From Candidatus Kapaibacterium sp. (GTDB taxonomy: Bacteria; Bacteroidota; Ignavibacteria; Kapaibacteriales; NICIL-2), in contig JBBATK010000010.1 of assembly GCA_040398805.1 (NCBI GenBank), positions 18,113 to 82,112 of the forward strand: a stretch of DNA of 64,000 nucleotides, read 5' to 3'. The stretch's first letter is position 1. Each line of letters opens with the position of its first letter. A program made the translations under genes and the position numbers. This document shows, piece by piece, positions 9,356 through 19,424 of this stretch. The notes under the pieces were generated by a model. It saw only the letters and a list, made by a program, of their open reading frames with translations, made no database searches and had not been told where the DNA came from.

Positions 9356-10891
9356 TTAGCGAGTGACGATGCCGCGGAGCGAGCGGACCGTTCCATCGTT
9401 CAGGTGCAGGGTCACGAAGTACACACCATGCGGAAGATCGGGGAACACTATCCGTTGACCTCCGGTTTCGGAACCTCTCTCGCAGTTACCGACCACGTCA
9501 CCACGCACATCATACACCAGCACGTGGCGGACGGCGGATGTGTTGCCGGTGTGGACGACAAGGTCGCCGTTCGATTCGCACACGACCCGCTCCTCGTCGC
9601 GCACCCGCCCCTCGTCCACGCTCGTGGATTTCACCGGCGTGACGGTAAGGATGAAGCGCGTGTTCGCATCACTGCCCACGTACAGACGTCCTTTGGCGTC
9701 CACGGTCAATCCTACCGGACGAGCCCAGCCCCATCCCGAGCTCCGTGTGGAGTCCGTCATGAAGCCCGTCAAAAAGTCCGCCGTGTAATTCGCCGTCGTA
9801 TCGTTCTCGTTGTCGAAATCAAGATAAATAATCTTCCCGCCGGTTGCCGGTGTGCGGTTCCATGATCCCCGGAGTGCCACGAACATCCCGTTCCTGAACG
9901 TCTGCGGCATGCTCGGATGAGCAGACACCAGGGCCATCGGCGCGCTGTGCGCCTGAATGAGACCCGCGGGTTGTACCATACTTGCCACGTTCGCCGAATC
10001 CTTCGCCGTTAACGGCAGCAAGGCACGATAGTCACCCGGTGATGACGAGCTCAAGGGAAAGAAGATTCCGTGGGAATGCGCATACGGGTATCCGTAGAAA
10101 CCTCCGTCGCGGACCACGTCGATCCACTCAGGAGGCACGTCGTTACCTTGACTGTCGCTTCCGTTGTTCGATGCCCAGACCCTGCCTCCGCGCAGGAGCA
10201 GTCCCACCGCATTCCTCGCCCCCGTGGCATAGGTCTTCCGTCCCGTGCCATCCGCGTTCCACTCTTCGATCAACGCTCGCTGATAATCCGTATCCCCGGG
10301 CTTCTCGGACCTGCACACGTTGCACAGCGAACCGATGGACAGATACACTTTGCTCCGCACGGTGTCGAAAAGGATGGTACGGGTGGTGTGACCGCCACCG
10401 GGCTGCGTCGCTCCCTCGGCTATGGGCGCAATGAAATCGCTTCGCGTCTCATACCGTCCGTCGTTGTCAAGATCCTGAAGGCGCACCACCGACCGCTCTT
10501 GGGCAGCGTACAGATCGCCACGATAGAAGGCGATGGAATGGGCGGTAACGTTCGTCGCCACCGCGATGATCGTATCGGCGATGCCGTCGTCGTTGCGATC
10601 CGGAAGCGCATAGATGGAACGCGCATCCAGATCGGCGATATGCAAGACGCCATCCGGACTCCACTCCATGAATCGAGGTTTCCTCAGTGCCGCACCGGCA
10701 TAGAACACGGACACCGTGAAGCCCTCAGGGACGTTCACCCGCGCAGTCGCCGGCAACACACCACGATACTTGACGGGCTGGTCGATGAGAACCGATGTCA
10801 AAGGGATCTGCTTGTACGGGGTCATGACCGGGACGTCCTGCGCAACCATCGACGTATAGACAACCAAGAAGACGAAGACGTTCTTTATCAT
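9356..10891 (-). CDS. PQQ-dependent soluble sugar (glucose/sorbosone-type) dehydrogenase beta-propeller with type-A T9SS C-terminal sorting domain
   Basis: Signal peptide MIKNVFVFLVVYTSMVAQ. sGDH-like propeller motifs (GDLYAAQ, RYETRSDFIAPI, HTTRTILFD, YGYPYAHS). C-terminal ...LVYDVRGDVVGNCERG...LPHGVYFVTLHLNDGTVRSLRGIVTR is CTD-like. Confidence 0.75.
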   Translation of the reverse strand: MIKNVFVFLVVYTSMVAQDVPVMTPYKQIPLTSVLIDQPVKYRGVLPATARVNVPEGFTVSVFYAGAALRKPRFMEWSPDGVLHIADLDARSIYALPDRNDDGIADTIIAVATNVTAHSIAFYRGDLYAAQERSVVRLQDLDNDGRYETRSDFIAPIAEGATQPGGGHTTRTILFDTVRSKVYLSIGSLCNVCRSEKPGDTDYQRALIEEWNADGTGRKTYATGARNAVGLLLRGGRVWASNNGSDSQGNDVPPEWIDVVRDGGFYGYPYAHSHGIFFPLSSSSPGDYRALLPLTAKDSANVASMVQPAGLIQAHSAPMALVSAHPSMPQTFRNGMFVALRGSWNRTPATGGKIIYLDFDNENDTTANYTADFLTGFMTDSTRSSGWGWARPVGLTVDAKGRLYVGSDANTRFILTVTPVKSTSVDEGRVRDEERVVCESNGDLVVHTGNTSAVRHVLVYDVRGDVVGNCERGSETGGQRIVFPDLPHGVYFVTLHLNDGTVRSLRGIVTR

Positions 10892-11123
10892 TTGGACATT
10901 CCAAGTGGAGAAACATGCTGTTCGAACATGCCTATAATAACGATTTTTTCTCCGATCATGGTTCGAACACTAAAAGGTCGACCATTCTTGTCACGAAGGT
11001 GGGTCCCACGGGAAATGACAAGATGCCCCGCATACCCACGCGCAGGACAGCTGTCCATGCGCGGCACGGCGATATCCATGAGTGGCAACGATGATGGGCG
11101 CTCAACAAGCCCTTCGGGAGACC

Positions 11124-11555
11124 TTACTTTTTCGAGCCCGGAGCTTTGACTCTGTTTTTCTTCACATCGGCAAGCGTGACCTTCGTCCCGTTGTTGCCCC
11201 AACTACCGTACACATACGTCAGGATGTCGACGACATCCTGATCCGTGTACTTCGATGGCAAAGGTGCCATGATGCCGTTGTACTTCTTCCCGTTGACGAC
11301 GATCTCGCCCTTCAGGCCGCCCGTCACCGCTTTGATGATTTCCGCTTTGCTCTTGGTCTTGAGATAATCGGATCCCGCCAGCGGCGGGTATAAGGATCCC
11401 AGTCCCTTCCCTGTCTCCTGATGGCATGTCTTGCAATACTCGTTGTACAATTTCTGCCCTTTCGCTTTGTCTTGCGCCTTCGCACCGACACCGGCGATCA
11501 ATGCTGCGATGACCATGACTACCACTGCTTTCATATCCGTACCCTTGATGAACAT
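11124..11555 (-). CDS. Class I c-type cytochrome (mono-haem), secreted
   Basis: Signal peptide. Single CKTCH haem-binding site (CxxCH) with a downstream Met-containing region. Start may be at MKAVVVMV (11534). Confidence 0.75.
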   Translation of the reverse strand: MFIKGTDMKAVVVMVIAALIAGVGAKAQDKAKGQKLYNEYCKTCHQETGKGLGSLYPPLAGSDYLKTKSKAEIIKAVTGGLKGEIVVNGKKYNGIMAPLPSKYTDQDVVDILTYVYGSWGNNGTKVTLADVKKNRVKAPGSKK

Positions 11556-11687
11556 TGAAACAAATACTTTCCTTCAATCTCTTTATTCCCGTGCCCGATC
11601 TCCTTGTATAGGCGACGACCCGTTCCATCGATACCCGCGCATGGACGAGGCAGAAGGCCAATTCGTCTTTTTCTTCGGTCTTCATCA

Positions 11688-12143
11688 TCACAAAGCGATA
11701 CGCTTGAGCATCTCCGGATGCGCCAAGCGAAGATTGAGCATAGTAGCATCATGCGCCAGCGCCTCCAACGACGTCCCCATGAACACACGGACGATTTCCG
11801 TGCGGAGCATCACCCAACGGTCGTGCACCGGACACGCCTCCGCCACGCCGCATCCGGGCAGACCCAGCATGCATTGCTCGAACACATCCGTTCCGTCGAT
11901 GACGCTGATAAGATCGAGGAGAGATACATCTTCCGCCCTCTTGGCAAGCATCACCCCCCCATGCACGCCCCTCTGCGAGGTCATGATACCGGCGTTCGTC
12001 AGTTGCTGCAAGACTTTCGTGAGAAAGTGGAAGGAGATATTCAGGTTCGACGATATCTCGTTGATCGAGATCCAATCTTCGCACTTCCTGGCTGCGACGT
12101 AGATGGCCGCTTGCACGCCATACGTACATGTTTTGGAAAGCAT
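11688..12143 (-). CDS. Rrf2 family transcriptional regulator (IscR/NsrR-like; three-Cys cluster ligands present)
   Basis: N-terminal wHTH YGVQAAIYVAARK...ISINEIS...FHFLTKVLQQL. Cys-x-Cys spacing CMLGLPGCGVAEACP. Confidence 0.85.
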   Translation of the reverse strand: MLSKTCTYGVQAAIYVAARKCEDWISINEISSNLNISFHFLTKVLQQLTNAGIMTSQRGVHGGVMLAKRAEDVSLLDLISVIDGTDVFEQCMLGLPGCGVAEACPVHDRWVMLRTEIVRVFMGTSLEALAHDATMLNLRLAHPEMLKRIAL

Positions 12144-12426
12144 GGAATCACCTCGTTCGTGGTGGTGGTGGTGGGTGAGACGTACCTTATGAGAGATTAA
12201 GACTATTTTATCTGCAATCTACGCAACGAACCGAAAACGAGCAAGGATGATCGATGCTTTTTATCCACAGCACATGCTTTCCCGGCGGTCCGAGCCGGTG
12301 TGGGACCCACCATCCGGAGCGCTCTGGGGAGGAGGCACACGTTTCCCGATTGCCGGCATACCTGACGTGGCGAAATGCGTCTGTATCTTGCGTCTCTGCA
12401 TCCAATCGACCGACATCACGGAACTC

Positions 12427-15400
12427 ATGGCCGACACCGCACCACCGTTATTACCATTGGTACGAGCATTCGAGCGCACGTCCTTCCATCGACGACTGCG
12501 CAGCGCACTGGACACCGGTGAGCAGATCCGTACGCGTACCTTGCGGGGGTCCTTGAAGTCCTTGGCGGTGGCCTCCGTGCATGTCCATGCCCGACGTCGC
12601 CTGCTTGTCGTCTGCGCTCCGGAGGTCGTGTCGGCGTGGTACCACGACCTTGCCTCCATGGTGCCGCATACCTCCATCGCGGCTTTTCCCGAGGCGTCGA
12701 AGACGCGAACGGCCATCAGTCATCATCACGAAGACATGGCCCGCATCGTCGACGTGGTATCCACCATCGAGAAGAGTCCGCTCGCCATCATCATCGCAAC
12801 GCCCGCCTCGTTCAGCGTGCCGTTGCCGAAGCCGGAATCGGTGGTTCACAACTCGATGAAATTGAAGCGCGGCGACACGCAGGGTTTCGATGAACTCACG
12901 ACGCACCTGCTTCTCAATGGGTTCGAGCGACGTGATTTCGTGGCGCAACCGGGCGACATCGCCGTGCGCGGCGGCATCATCGACCTCTTCCCCGTTGGTT
13001 GGTCCACGCCGTTGCGCATAGAGTTCTGGGGGAACAGCATCGACTCCGTGCGGGAATTCGATCCCTTGTCGCAGCGGAGCATCCGTGAGCATGAGTCCGT
13101 GGAGTTCCTGGCCCGCTTCATCAGCGACGAGCACGACGAGTTCTCCTGCCGGCTCAGCGACTATGTCTATCCCGATACCCAGATCGTGCTCGACGAGCCG
13201 GATCATCTCGCCTCCTTGTTCGATGATCTTGACGCGACGACGTTGAGCGAGGACTTGAGCGCTCGGGCCACGCTCCTGATCAATCCCATCGGCAGCTGCA
13301 TCATCGAGACGCAATCCCACGCACAACTGTCCGCCGATGCCTCCATGGATGCCGTCTACGACGAACTCATCCGTCACCAGCAGAGCGGGACCGCCGTCTT
13401 CGTGTGTGCAGAAGGTACCATCCACACCAAGCGCATGCACGAGTTGCTGGAGAACGTCGCGGAACGTCGGGAGGCCGATGACGATGCGGAGACGCACCTG
13501 TCCACCGATCGCATTCACTGGTTGCACGGAACGCCGCACGCCGGCTTCACGTGGACCGAGGAACGCCTTTGCGTGATGACGGAGCACGAGGTGTTCAACC
13601 GGCAGCGCTTCCGCGATGCGCGACGCTACGCACCGTCCGCCGGCCTCACCCTGCGCGAGCTCCAGCAGCTGCGGCGGGGCGACCTCATCGTGCATATCGA
13701 TAAGGGGGTGGGTCAGTTCGACGGACTCGAGACGATAACCATTTCCGGGAGCAAGCAGGAAAGCGTCCGTCTCGTCTTCGCCGACAACGACGTGTTATAC
13801 GTCCATTTGAATTACCTCAACAAACTGCAACGCTACTCGGCGGCCGAAGGCACATCGCCGAAGCTCAGCAAACTCGGCAGCGGCGATTGGGAACGGAAGA
13901 AAGCGCGGACGAAGAAGAAGGTCAAGGACATCGCCCGGGACCTCATCAAGCTCTATGCCCAACGGAAATCCCTTCGCGGCTATGCCTTCCCCGCCGATAC
14001 GATCTGGCAGAAAGAGTTCGAAGCGTCGTTCATGTACGAGGATACGCCGGACCAGTCGCGCGCCACGGCCGAAGTGAAAGCGGACATGGAAGTGCCCATG
14101 CCCATGGACCGATTGGTGTGCGGCGATGTCGGCTTCGGCAAAACGGAAGTCGCCATCCGCGCCGCCTTCAAAGCCGCGCAAGCCGGCAAACAGGTGGCCG
14201 TGCTTGTTCCCACGACCATCCTTGCACAGCAGCATTACCTTACCTTTAGCGAACGATTGCGACGCTATCCCGTGACGGTGGACGTCATGTCGCGCTTCCG
14301 CACGCCCGAGGAGCAGAAATCCGTCGTGGAACGCCTGAAGAACGGCGACGTCGACATCCTCATCGGCACCCACCGGTTGCTGAGCAAGGACGTGGAGTTC
14401 CGGAATCTCGGATTGCTCATCATCGACGAGGAGCAACGCTTCGGTGTGGGCGCTAAAGAGAAACTGCGGACGCTGCGTGCGAACATCGATACGCTGACAC
14501 TCACGGCAACGCCGATCCCGCGGACATTGAACTTCTCCCTCATGGGTGCCCGCGACCTCAGTCTCATCGAGACCCCTCCGCGGAACCGCCTGCCCGTGCA
14601 GACGAGCATCATCGAATGGGATGCGGACATCCTTCGCGAAGCGATCAACAGGGAACTCGAACGAGGCGGCCAGCTGTACCTGGTGAACGATAGTATTCAT
14701 GAGCTGGACGAGATAGCGATGCGCCTTGTGGAGATCATTCCCGGTCTGCGCTTCGGCATCGCACACGGACAGATGGACACCAAGAAACTCGAGAACGTCA
14801 TGGAACGTTTTCTCGAACGGAAATTCGACGTGCTGCTCAGCACGAAGATCGTGGAGAGCGGTCTGGATATCCCGAATGTCAATACGATGATCATCAACCA
14901 CGCCGACCGCTTCGGACTTGCCGAACTGTATCAGCTGCGCGGACGCGTGGGACGTTCCAATGCGCAAGCATACTGCTATCTCTGCGTGCCGCCGGTGAAG
15001 ACCTTGAACCGCACCGCCATCCGGCGCCTGCAAGCCATCGAAGAGCACACCGACCTGGGAAGCGGATTCCACCTTGCCATGCGGGACCTGGAGATACGCG
15101 GCGCCGGAAATCTTCTCGGGGCGGAACAAAGCGGATTCATCGCCGAACTCGGACTGGAGACCTATCAGCGTATCGTCGATGAAGCCGTCCGCGAACTCCG
15201 TCATGAGGAATTCAGCGACATGTTCCCCGAAAGCGAACTCCTCAACGTATCGAACGAAGACCTGGCGGTGGAACTGGACGGCGATGCGCTTCTTCCCGAA
15301 TCGTATGTGCCGAAGGACACCGAGCGTTTCGAATTCTACAAACGACTCTTCAACGCCCGCACGGAAAGGTCGCTCGAGGATATCGCCGGCGAATTGCGCG

Positions 15401-15741
15401 ACCGGTACGGCGCACTGCCGGACGCTGCGGAGAACCTGCTCTTCGCCGTGCGCCTGCGCCTTGCCGCACTGCCCGCCGGTTTCGATCGTCTTCTCGTGGC
15501 GAACGACCGACTCACCATCGAAATCGCCGCGAATATTCCCGAACAGTACGTCCAGCATGCCTTCCCCCGCGTCGTGAGCCGCGTCTCGCAGCGGGAAGGA
15601 TCGCAGTTCAAACAGAATCAGAAACGGATCATCATCGACATCCCGCTCGCACGACGGGAGGAAGCTCTCACTCTTGTGCAGTCGCTTTCCCTTGATGTGC
15701 AAGAAGCACTGATGTCGGCCTCGAAAAACCATGCGGCATGA
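12427..15741 (+). CDS. mfd: Transcription-repair coupling factor Mfd
   Basis: DEAD/helicase motifs (GDVGFGKTEVA, DEEQRFGV, TATPIPRT), TRG motif region, about 1100 aa. Start chosen at MADTAPPLLPL; the ORF-track start at 12247 is likely an over-extension. Confidence 0.9.
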   Translation: MADTAPPLLPLVRAFERTSFHRRLRSALDTGEQIRTRTLRGSLKSLAVASVHVHARRRLLVVCAPEVVSAWYHDLASMVPHTSIAAFPEASKTRTAISHHHEDMARIVDVVSTIEKSPLAIIIATPASFSVPLPKPESVVHNSMKLKRGDTQGFDELTTHLLLNGFERRDFVAQPGDIAVRGGIIDLFPVGWSTPLRIEFWGNSIDSVREFDPLSQRSIREHESVEFLARFISDEHDEFSCRLSDYVYPDTQIVLDEPDHLASLFDDLDATTLSEDLSARATLLINPIGSCIIETQSHAQLSADASMDAVYDELIRHQQSGTAVFVCAEGTIHTKRMHELLENVAERREADDDAETHLSTDRIHWLHGTPHAGFTWTEERLCVMTEHEVFNRQRFRDARRYAPSAGLTLRELQQLRRGDLIVHIDKGVGQFDGLETITISGSKQESVRLVFADNDVLYVHLNYLNKLQRYSAAEGTSPKLSKLGSGDWERKKARTKKKVKDIARDLIKLYAQRKSLRGYAFPADTIWQKEFEASFMYEDTPDQSRATAEVKADMEVPMPMDRLVCGDVGFGKTEVAIRAAFKAAQAGKQVAVLVPTTILAQQHYLTFSERLRRYPVTVDVMSRFRTPEEQKSVVERLKNGDVDILIGTHRLLSKDVEFRNLGLLIIDEEQRFGVGAKEKLRTLRANIDTLTLTATPIPRTLNFSLMGARDLSLIETPPRNRLPVQTSIIEWDADILREAINRELERGGQLYLVNDSIHELDEIAMRLVEIIPGLRFGIAHGQMDTKKLENVMERFLERKFDVLLSTKIVESGLDIPNVNTMIINHADRFGLAELYQLRGRVGRSNAQAYCYLCVPPVKTLNRTAIRRLQAIEEHTDLGSGFHLAMRDLEIRGAGNLLGAEQSGFIAELGLETYQRIVDEAVRELRHEEFSDMFPESELLNVSNEDLAVELDGDALLPESYVPKDTERFEFYKRLFNARTERSLEDIAGELRDRYGALPDAAENLLFAVRLRLAALPAGFDRLLVANDRLTIEIAANIPEQYVQHAFPRVVSRVSQREGSQFKQNQKRIIIDIPLARREEALTLVQSLSLDVQEALMSASKNHAA

Positions 15742-17125
15742 CCTTGCACCATATCGTTACCTGCTTCGCGCCGTCGCACTTCTCGTACTCGTGTGCGCAT
15801 GCGGCGCGGCGTCAAGGTCGGCCGACACGCTTCAGACGAAACGGCGGCTTCCGGGAGCGGTGAACGAGTATGCGCCGGTCGTGTATCCCCTCTTGAGTTT
15901 CGATGGTCGCACCCTGTACTTCTCGCGGAAGTACCATCCGGAGAACGTAGGAAAGACGCGGGACGCGGACGATGTGTGGTCATGCTCACGGGACAGTGCC
16001 GGGACGTGGTCGGAAGCGACGGATGTCACCCGGTTCAACTCACCCGTCAGCGACGTGCTCTGCAGCATCTCGCCCGATGGAACCACCGCTCTGCTGGCAC
16101 GGACAACGTCGGAGAATGACGCGCCCAGCGTCCGACTGTTCGTCATGAACCACACCGATTCAGGCTGGAGCGGACCGAAGCCCGTAACGATCGACGGGTT
16201 CATCGGTCGCACGTCGCATATCTACGCCCATCTCTCCTTCGATAACGCTACGCTGTTCCTGGCCGTGGACGTACCCGACCGCGGAATGGACATCTTTTCG
16301 TGCTCGCGTGTGGACTCCGTGCCCGATGCCTGGGTATTCAACCGACCGGTATCGCTGGGCGAGATGATCAATACCAAGGGTATCGAAGGTTCGCCCTTCC
16401 TGGCGTTCGACGGACGTACCTTGTATTTCACCTCGGATGGCCATGGAGGCTATGGAAGTCAGGATGTATTCGTGACGCGTCGACTCGATAGCACGTTCAC
16501 GTCGTGGTCGGCACCGGAAAACCTTGGAGACGGCATAAACACAGGGCTCATCGACCATTGTTTCTCGCTCTTCGCCGATGGTACGACGGCACTGATCGTG
16601 TCGGCGGACTCCTCGCGGAGCACCGGTGTCTTCGAAGTCACTCTTCCACCGAACCTGCGCATGGGACCCTCGATCGTGGGATCGGGCTCCGCTCGGCCGA
16701 CCACGGACACGGTGGTCGTCACCGTGACGTTCCCGACAAACAAGACGCGGATACGGGAAACGAATATCGACTCTCTGGTTCTTGCAAAGGTCCGCCGACT
16801 GCGTGGCACCTCCGTGCGGGTCGTCATCAGCGGCCATACGGACATGACCGGTATCGAGGCGAGGAACTCGTCACTGTCCATGCGACGGGCGCTGGTGCTG
16901 CGCAAGACACTCCAAGCGGTGTTCCGGAAGCGTGCGCCCGGACTGCGCGTGACAGCCATGCAATGCGCGGGCAAAGGCATGTCGGAACCCATCGGCGACA
17001 ATGCGACGGAGGCAGGACGTCAAGCCAACCGTCGGGCGACGGCGCGCATCATCATCGGCACAACACCGTCAAAAACGAATGGCGACACTGACCGCGGCGG
17101 CAGACCCCGTCGTCGGCGACGCTGA
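15731..17125 (+). CDS. TolB-like beta-propeller / OmpA-family C-terminal domain protein (peptidoglycan-associated)
   Basis: Signal peptide. Repeated FSxDGxTLYF propeller blades. C-terminal OmpA-like RVVISGHTDMTGIEARNSSLSMRRALVLRKTL...ANRRATARII. Overlaps the mfd 3' end by 11 nt. Confidence 0.75.
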   Translation: MRHDLAPYRYLLRAVALLVLVCACGAASRSADTLQTKRRLPGAVNEYAPVVYPLLSFDGRTLYFSRKYHPENVGKTRDADDVWSCSRDSAGTWSEATDVTRFNSPVSDVLCSISPDGTTALLARTTSENDAPSVRLFVMNHTDSGWSGPKPVTIDGFIGRTSHIYAHLSFDNATLFLAVDVPDRGMDIFSCSRVDSVPDAWVFNRPVSLGEMINTKGIEGSPFLAFDGRTLYFTSDGHGGYGSQDVFVTRRLDSTFTSWSAPENLGDGINTGLIDHCFSLFADGTTALIVSADSSRSTGVFEVTLPPNLRMGPSIVGSGSARPTTDTVVVTVTFPTNKTRIRETNIDSLVLAKVRRLRGTSVRVVISGHTDMTGIEARNSSLSMRRALVLRKTLQAVFRKRAPGLRVTAMQCAGKGMSEPIGDNATEAGRQANRRATARIIIGTTPSKTNGDTDRGGRPRRRRR

Positions 17126-17617
17126 GGGCATCCAACTGACACCGGTGTCACTCACGTCGAAGTCGAACAGATGCGCTCCCACATACGCATCCACGGCGGC
17201 GAGCGCATACACGCCAAGCAACCAGAGTCCGGCGACATCGCGTTGATCGCGATAGAACTCCTTCTCACGAAAGGTCCTGTCCTTCAACGGATCGGTATCG
17301 GCAAGAGCGTCATATCGCGCCTGCGCGCTCGCGAATTTCACGTCGTTCCACACGATGATACTCGTCACCGACACCGCAGCGGCACCGAACACACCGGCTT
17401 TGACATACGACTCGTTATACAGCTGTCCCCAACCGGGAAAGACGATCGAGCGGAGAATGGCGCTGGACGGCGACTTGAGGGATTTCGCGCGCAGCACGCT
17501 GTCCTGACCTCGCGACTCGGTTCGCGCAGCATGCGCATTCACACCGCCGAGCATGGTCGCGACGACCAACCACACACACACAGCGGGATGCGAGACGATC
17601 TTCAGGTAGCGACTCAT
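17069..17617 (-). CDS. DUF5683-family membrane protein
   Basis: Translation from MSRYLKIV contains LRSIVFPGWGQLYN. The start ATG overlaps the ridA stop (ATGA). The upstream 136 codons of the tracked ORF are unlikely to be coding. Confidence 0.55.
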   Translation of the reverse strand: MSRYLKIVSHPAVCVWLVVATMLGGVNAHAARTESRGQDSVLRAKSLKSPSSAILRSIVFPGWGQLYNESYVKAGVFGAAAVSVTSIIVWNDVKFASAQARYDALADTDPLKDRTFREKEFYRDQRDVAGLWLLGVYALAAVDAYVGAHLFDFDVSDTGVSWMPSASPTTGSAAAVSVAIRF

Positions 17618-18084
17618 CGTACCGGTCCCATGGCGATGACTTCGATCTCCACGCTGACATCCTTCGGCAGACGGGCCACCTCCACCGTGGAACGCGCAGG
17701 CGACGAGTCCGATAGATATTCGGCATACACGTCGTTCATGGCACCGAACTCGTTCATGTCCTTGAGAAACACCGTTGTCTTCACCACGTTGTCCAAACTC
17801 AATCCTTCGGACGCCAGGAGGGCTTTGATGTTCGCGAACACCTGATGTGTCTGCACACGGACGTCGCCGTGGACCAGCTCTCCGCTCGCTGTCAGCGCTA
17901 TCTGACCCGAGAAGAAATACATGCGCCCCTGGGCGGCGATACCTTGTGAATACGGTCCGATCGGCGCCGGTGCGTCCGTCGTGTGAATGGTGTGTTTCAT
18001 GGATGAAGGATTGATGGATGAACAAGAGGTCGCGACACAGGCGCAGAGTATCGCGAGGATGTGAATCTGTCCGAGCCGACGCAT
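17614..18084 (-). CDS. ridA: RidA/YjgF/TdcF family reactive-intermediate deaminase
   Basis: APAPIGPYSQGI...FLKDMNEFGAMNDVYAEY...ARSTVEVARLP is the canonical RidA signature. N-terminal lipoprotein-like signal. Confidence 0.85.
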   Translation of the reverse strand: MRRLGQIHILAILCACVATSCSSINPSSMKHTIHTTDAPAPIGPYSQGIAAQGRMYFFSGQIALTASGELVHGDVRVQTHQVFANIKALLASEGLSLDNVVKTTVFLKDMNEFGAMNDVYAEYLSDSSPARSTVEVARLPKDVSVEIEVIAMGPVR

Positions 18085-18091
18085 GACGACC

Positions 18092-18451
18092 TCAGGGTTG
18101 TGAATTCTTGTGCAAGATAATCACCTGCTCACCGGGACGTGACAGACCGTACTTCTCTCTGGCCAAACGTTCTATCTCGAGAGTATCGAACCGGAGGCGG
18201 TTTGCAACCCGCGCAAGGGAATCGTGGCGCACACGTGCGGAACTCAGCGAGTCCAGTAACTCGCCCTTCCGATGCTCAAGCTGGAATCGTGTGATGAATC
18301 CGTATTGCGAGCACATCCCGAACATGATGGCCAGCATGCAAATGAGCAGCACCAGCAAACGACGGCGTCGTTTCACCACGGCCAGTGAATCCACAGCAGG
18401 AGTCTCTGCGGGTTTGGGCTCCGGTGCTATGGCGGGTTTCATGGACTTCAT
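18092..18451 (-). CDS. Septum formation initiator (FtsB/DivIC-like) protein
   Basis: Single transmembrane helix (LLVLLICMLAIMFGM), coiled-coil, C-terminal EIERLAREKYGLSRPGEQVI motif typical of FtsB. Confidence 0.65.
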   Translation of the reverse strand: MKSMKPAIAPEPKPAETPAVDSLAVVKRRRRLLVLLICMLAIMFGMCSQYGFITRFQLEHRKGELLDSLSSARVRHDSLARVANRLRFDTLEIERLAREKYGLSRPGEQVIILHKNSQP

Positions 18452-18481
18452 CGGCGAGACGTGTGCAGCGTCGAACGGTTT

Positions 18482-19222
18482 TCACTTCGAAAATACCTTT
18501 TTCAAAAGCTCCGTGGTGCGAGCCATCGGATTCGTGCGGATACGTAGTTCCTCCTCGACGATCATCACGAAGAGTCCGCCGAGCGCTTTCTCCGTGGTAT
18601 AGGCAGGAAGATCGGGATTGATCTTCTCGACAAAGGGGATCTTGTTATAGCTGTTCATGAGCGACGACCAGTATTGCGTGGCGTTGACGCTCTCGAGCGC
18701 CTTCGATATCACGGGAAGCATCGCGGCGTACAAGGCCGGCGATGTGGAACGACGCAGATACGACGTACCGGCGCTATCGCTACCCTTCACGATGGCGATG
18801 GCGTCGGTGATCGTCATCTTCTGGATGGCGGAAACGAAGATGGGCTTGGCTTCAACTGCCGCCTTCTCCGCGGCTCGGTTGATCGACAGGACGGCTTCAT
18901 CCACCTTCGAACCGAGTCCCACCTTCCGCAGCGTGCTTTCGATTTTCTGCGCATCCTGCGGGAACGGGATCTTCACTTTGGGATTACCGAAATACCCATC
19001 CACCGCGGATAGGGCCGCGCTGCCGTTCGACGTCCCTTGGACGAGCGCTTCCTTCAACGCCGCCGCTGCGTCGGCCTCCGAGAATCCGCCCACGGGAGCT
19101 TTCGTCACATCCTTGAGTGTCTTCTTGGCCTTGTCCAGCCAGCTCTGCGCATGCATGGTGGAGACATTGCTCGCCATGAGCAGCAGCGTCAGCACGGCAA
19201 CGATCGCTACGGTTCTTTTCAT
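18482..19222 (-). CDS. DUF4197-family secreted protein
   Basis: Start at MKRTVAIVAVLTLLLMAS (signal peptide). Motifs FGNPKVKIPFP, YTTEKALGGLF. Confidence 0.55.
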   Translation of the reverse strand: MKRTVAIVAVLTLLLMASNVSTMHAQSWLDKAKKTLKDVTKAPVGGFSEADAAAALKEALVQGTSNGSAALSAVDGYFGNPKVKIPFPQDAQKIESTLRKVGLGSKVDEAVLSINRAAEKAAVEAKPIFVSAIQKMTITDAIAIVKGSDSAGTSYLRRSTSPALYAAMLPVISKALESVNATQYWSSLMNSYNKIPFVEKINPDLPAYTTEKALGGLFVMIVEEELRIRTNPMARTTELLKKVFSK

Positions 19223-19424
19223 GGTAGGTACAGGTTGTGGTGAAACGGACTCATAGGTGATGACGAAGATAGACGGAAAAGATTCTTCCATTACCCTTCT
19301 ACCTGGCAGCCCGCCGAGCGACACGGTGCCGCAGGGGGAACGACGCGTAACTTGCGGCACGACAGGTGGCGCGAACTCGCGCCCGAATCAGGTCCGATCA
19401 CTAACACATATCTCACGCCACCAC

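Noticed and set aside
13795-15732. Long antisense ORFs opposite strongly conserved genes. Examples: 13795-15732(-) and 12451-13695(-) opposite mfd; 45673-47451(-) opposite nusA; 48534-49922(-) opposite infB; 59910-61202(+) opposite the UDP-sugar dehydrogenase; 62513-63700(+) opposite the methyltransferase; 10070-11149(+), 19976-21223(+), 25695-26789(-), 28386-29381(-), 35200-36378(-), 38262-39647(-), 41343-42197(-)
   Set aside because: The translations are Arg/Gly/His/Asp-rich and low-complexity with no recognisable motifs. The opposite strand carries unmistakable conserved proteins. Stop-codon depletion in antisense frames is expected at this GC content.
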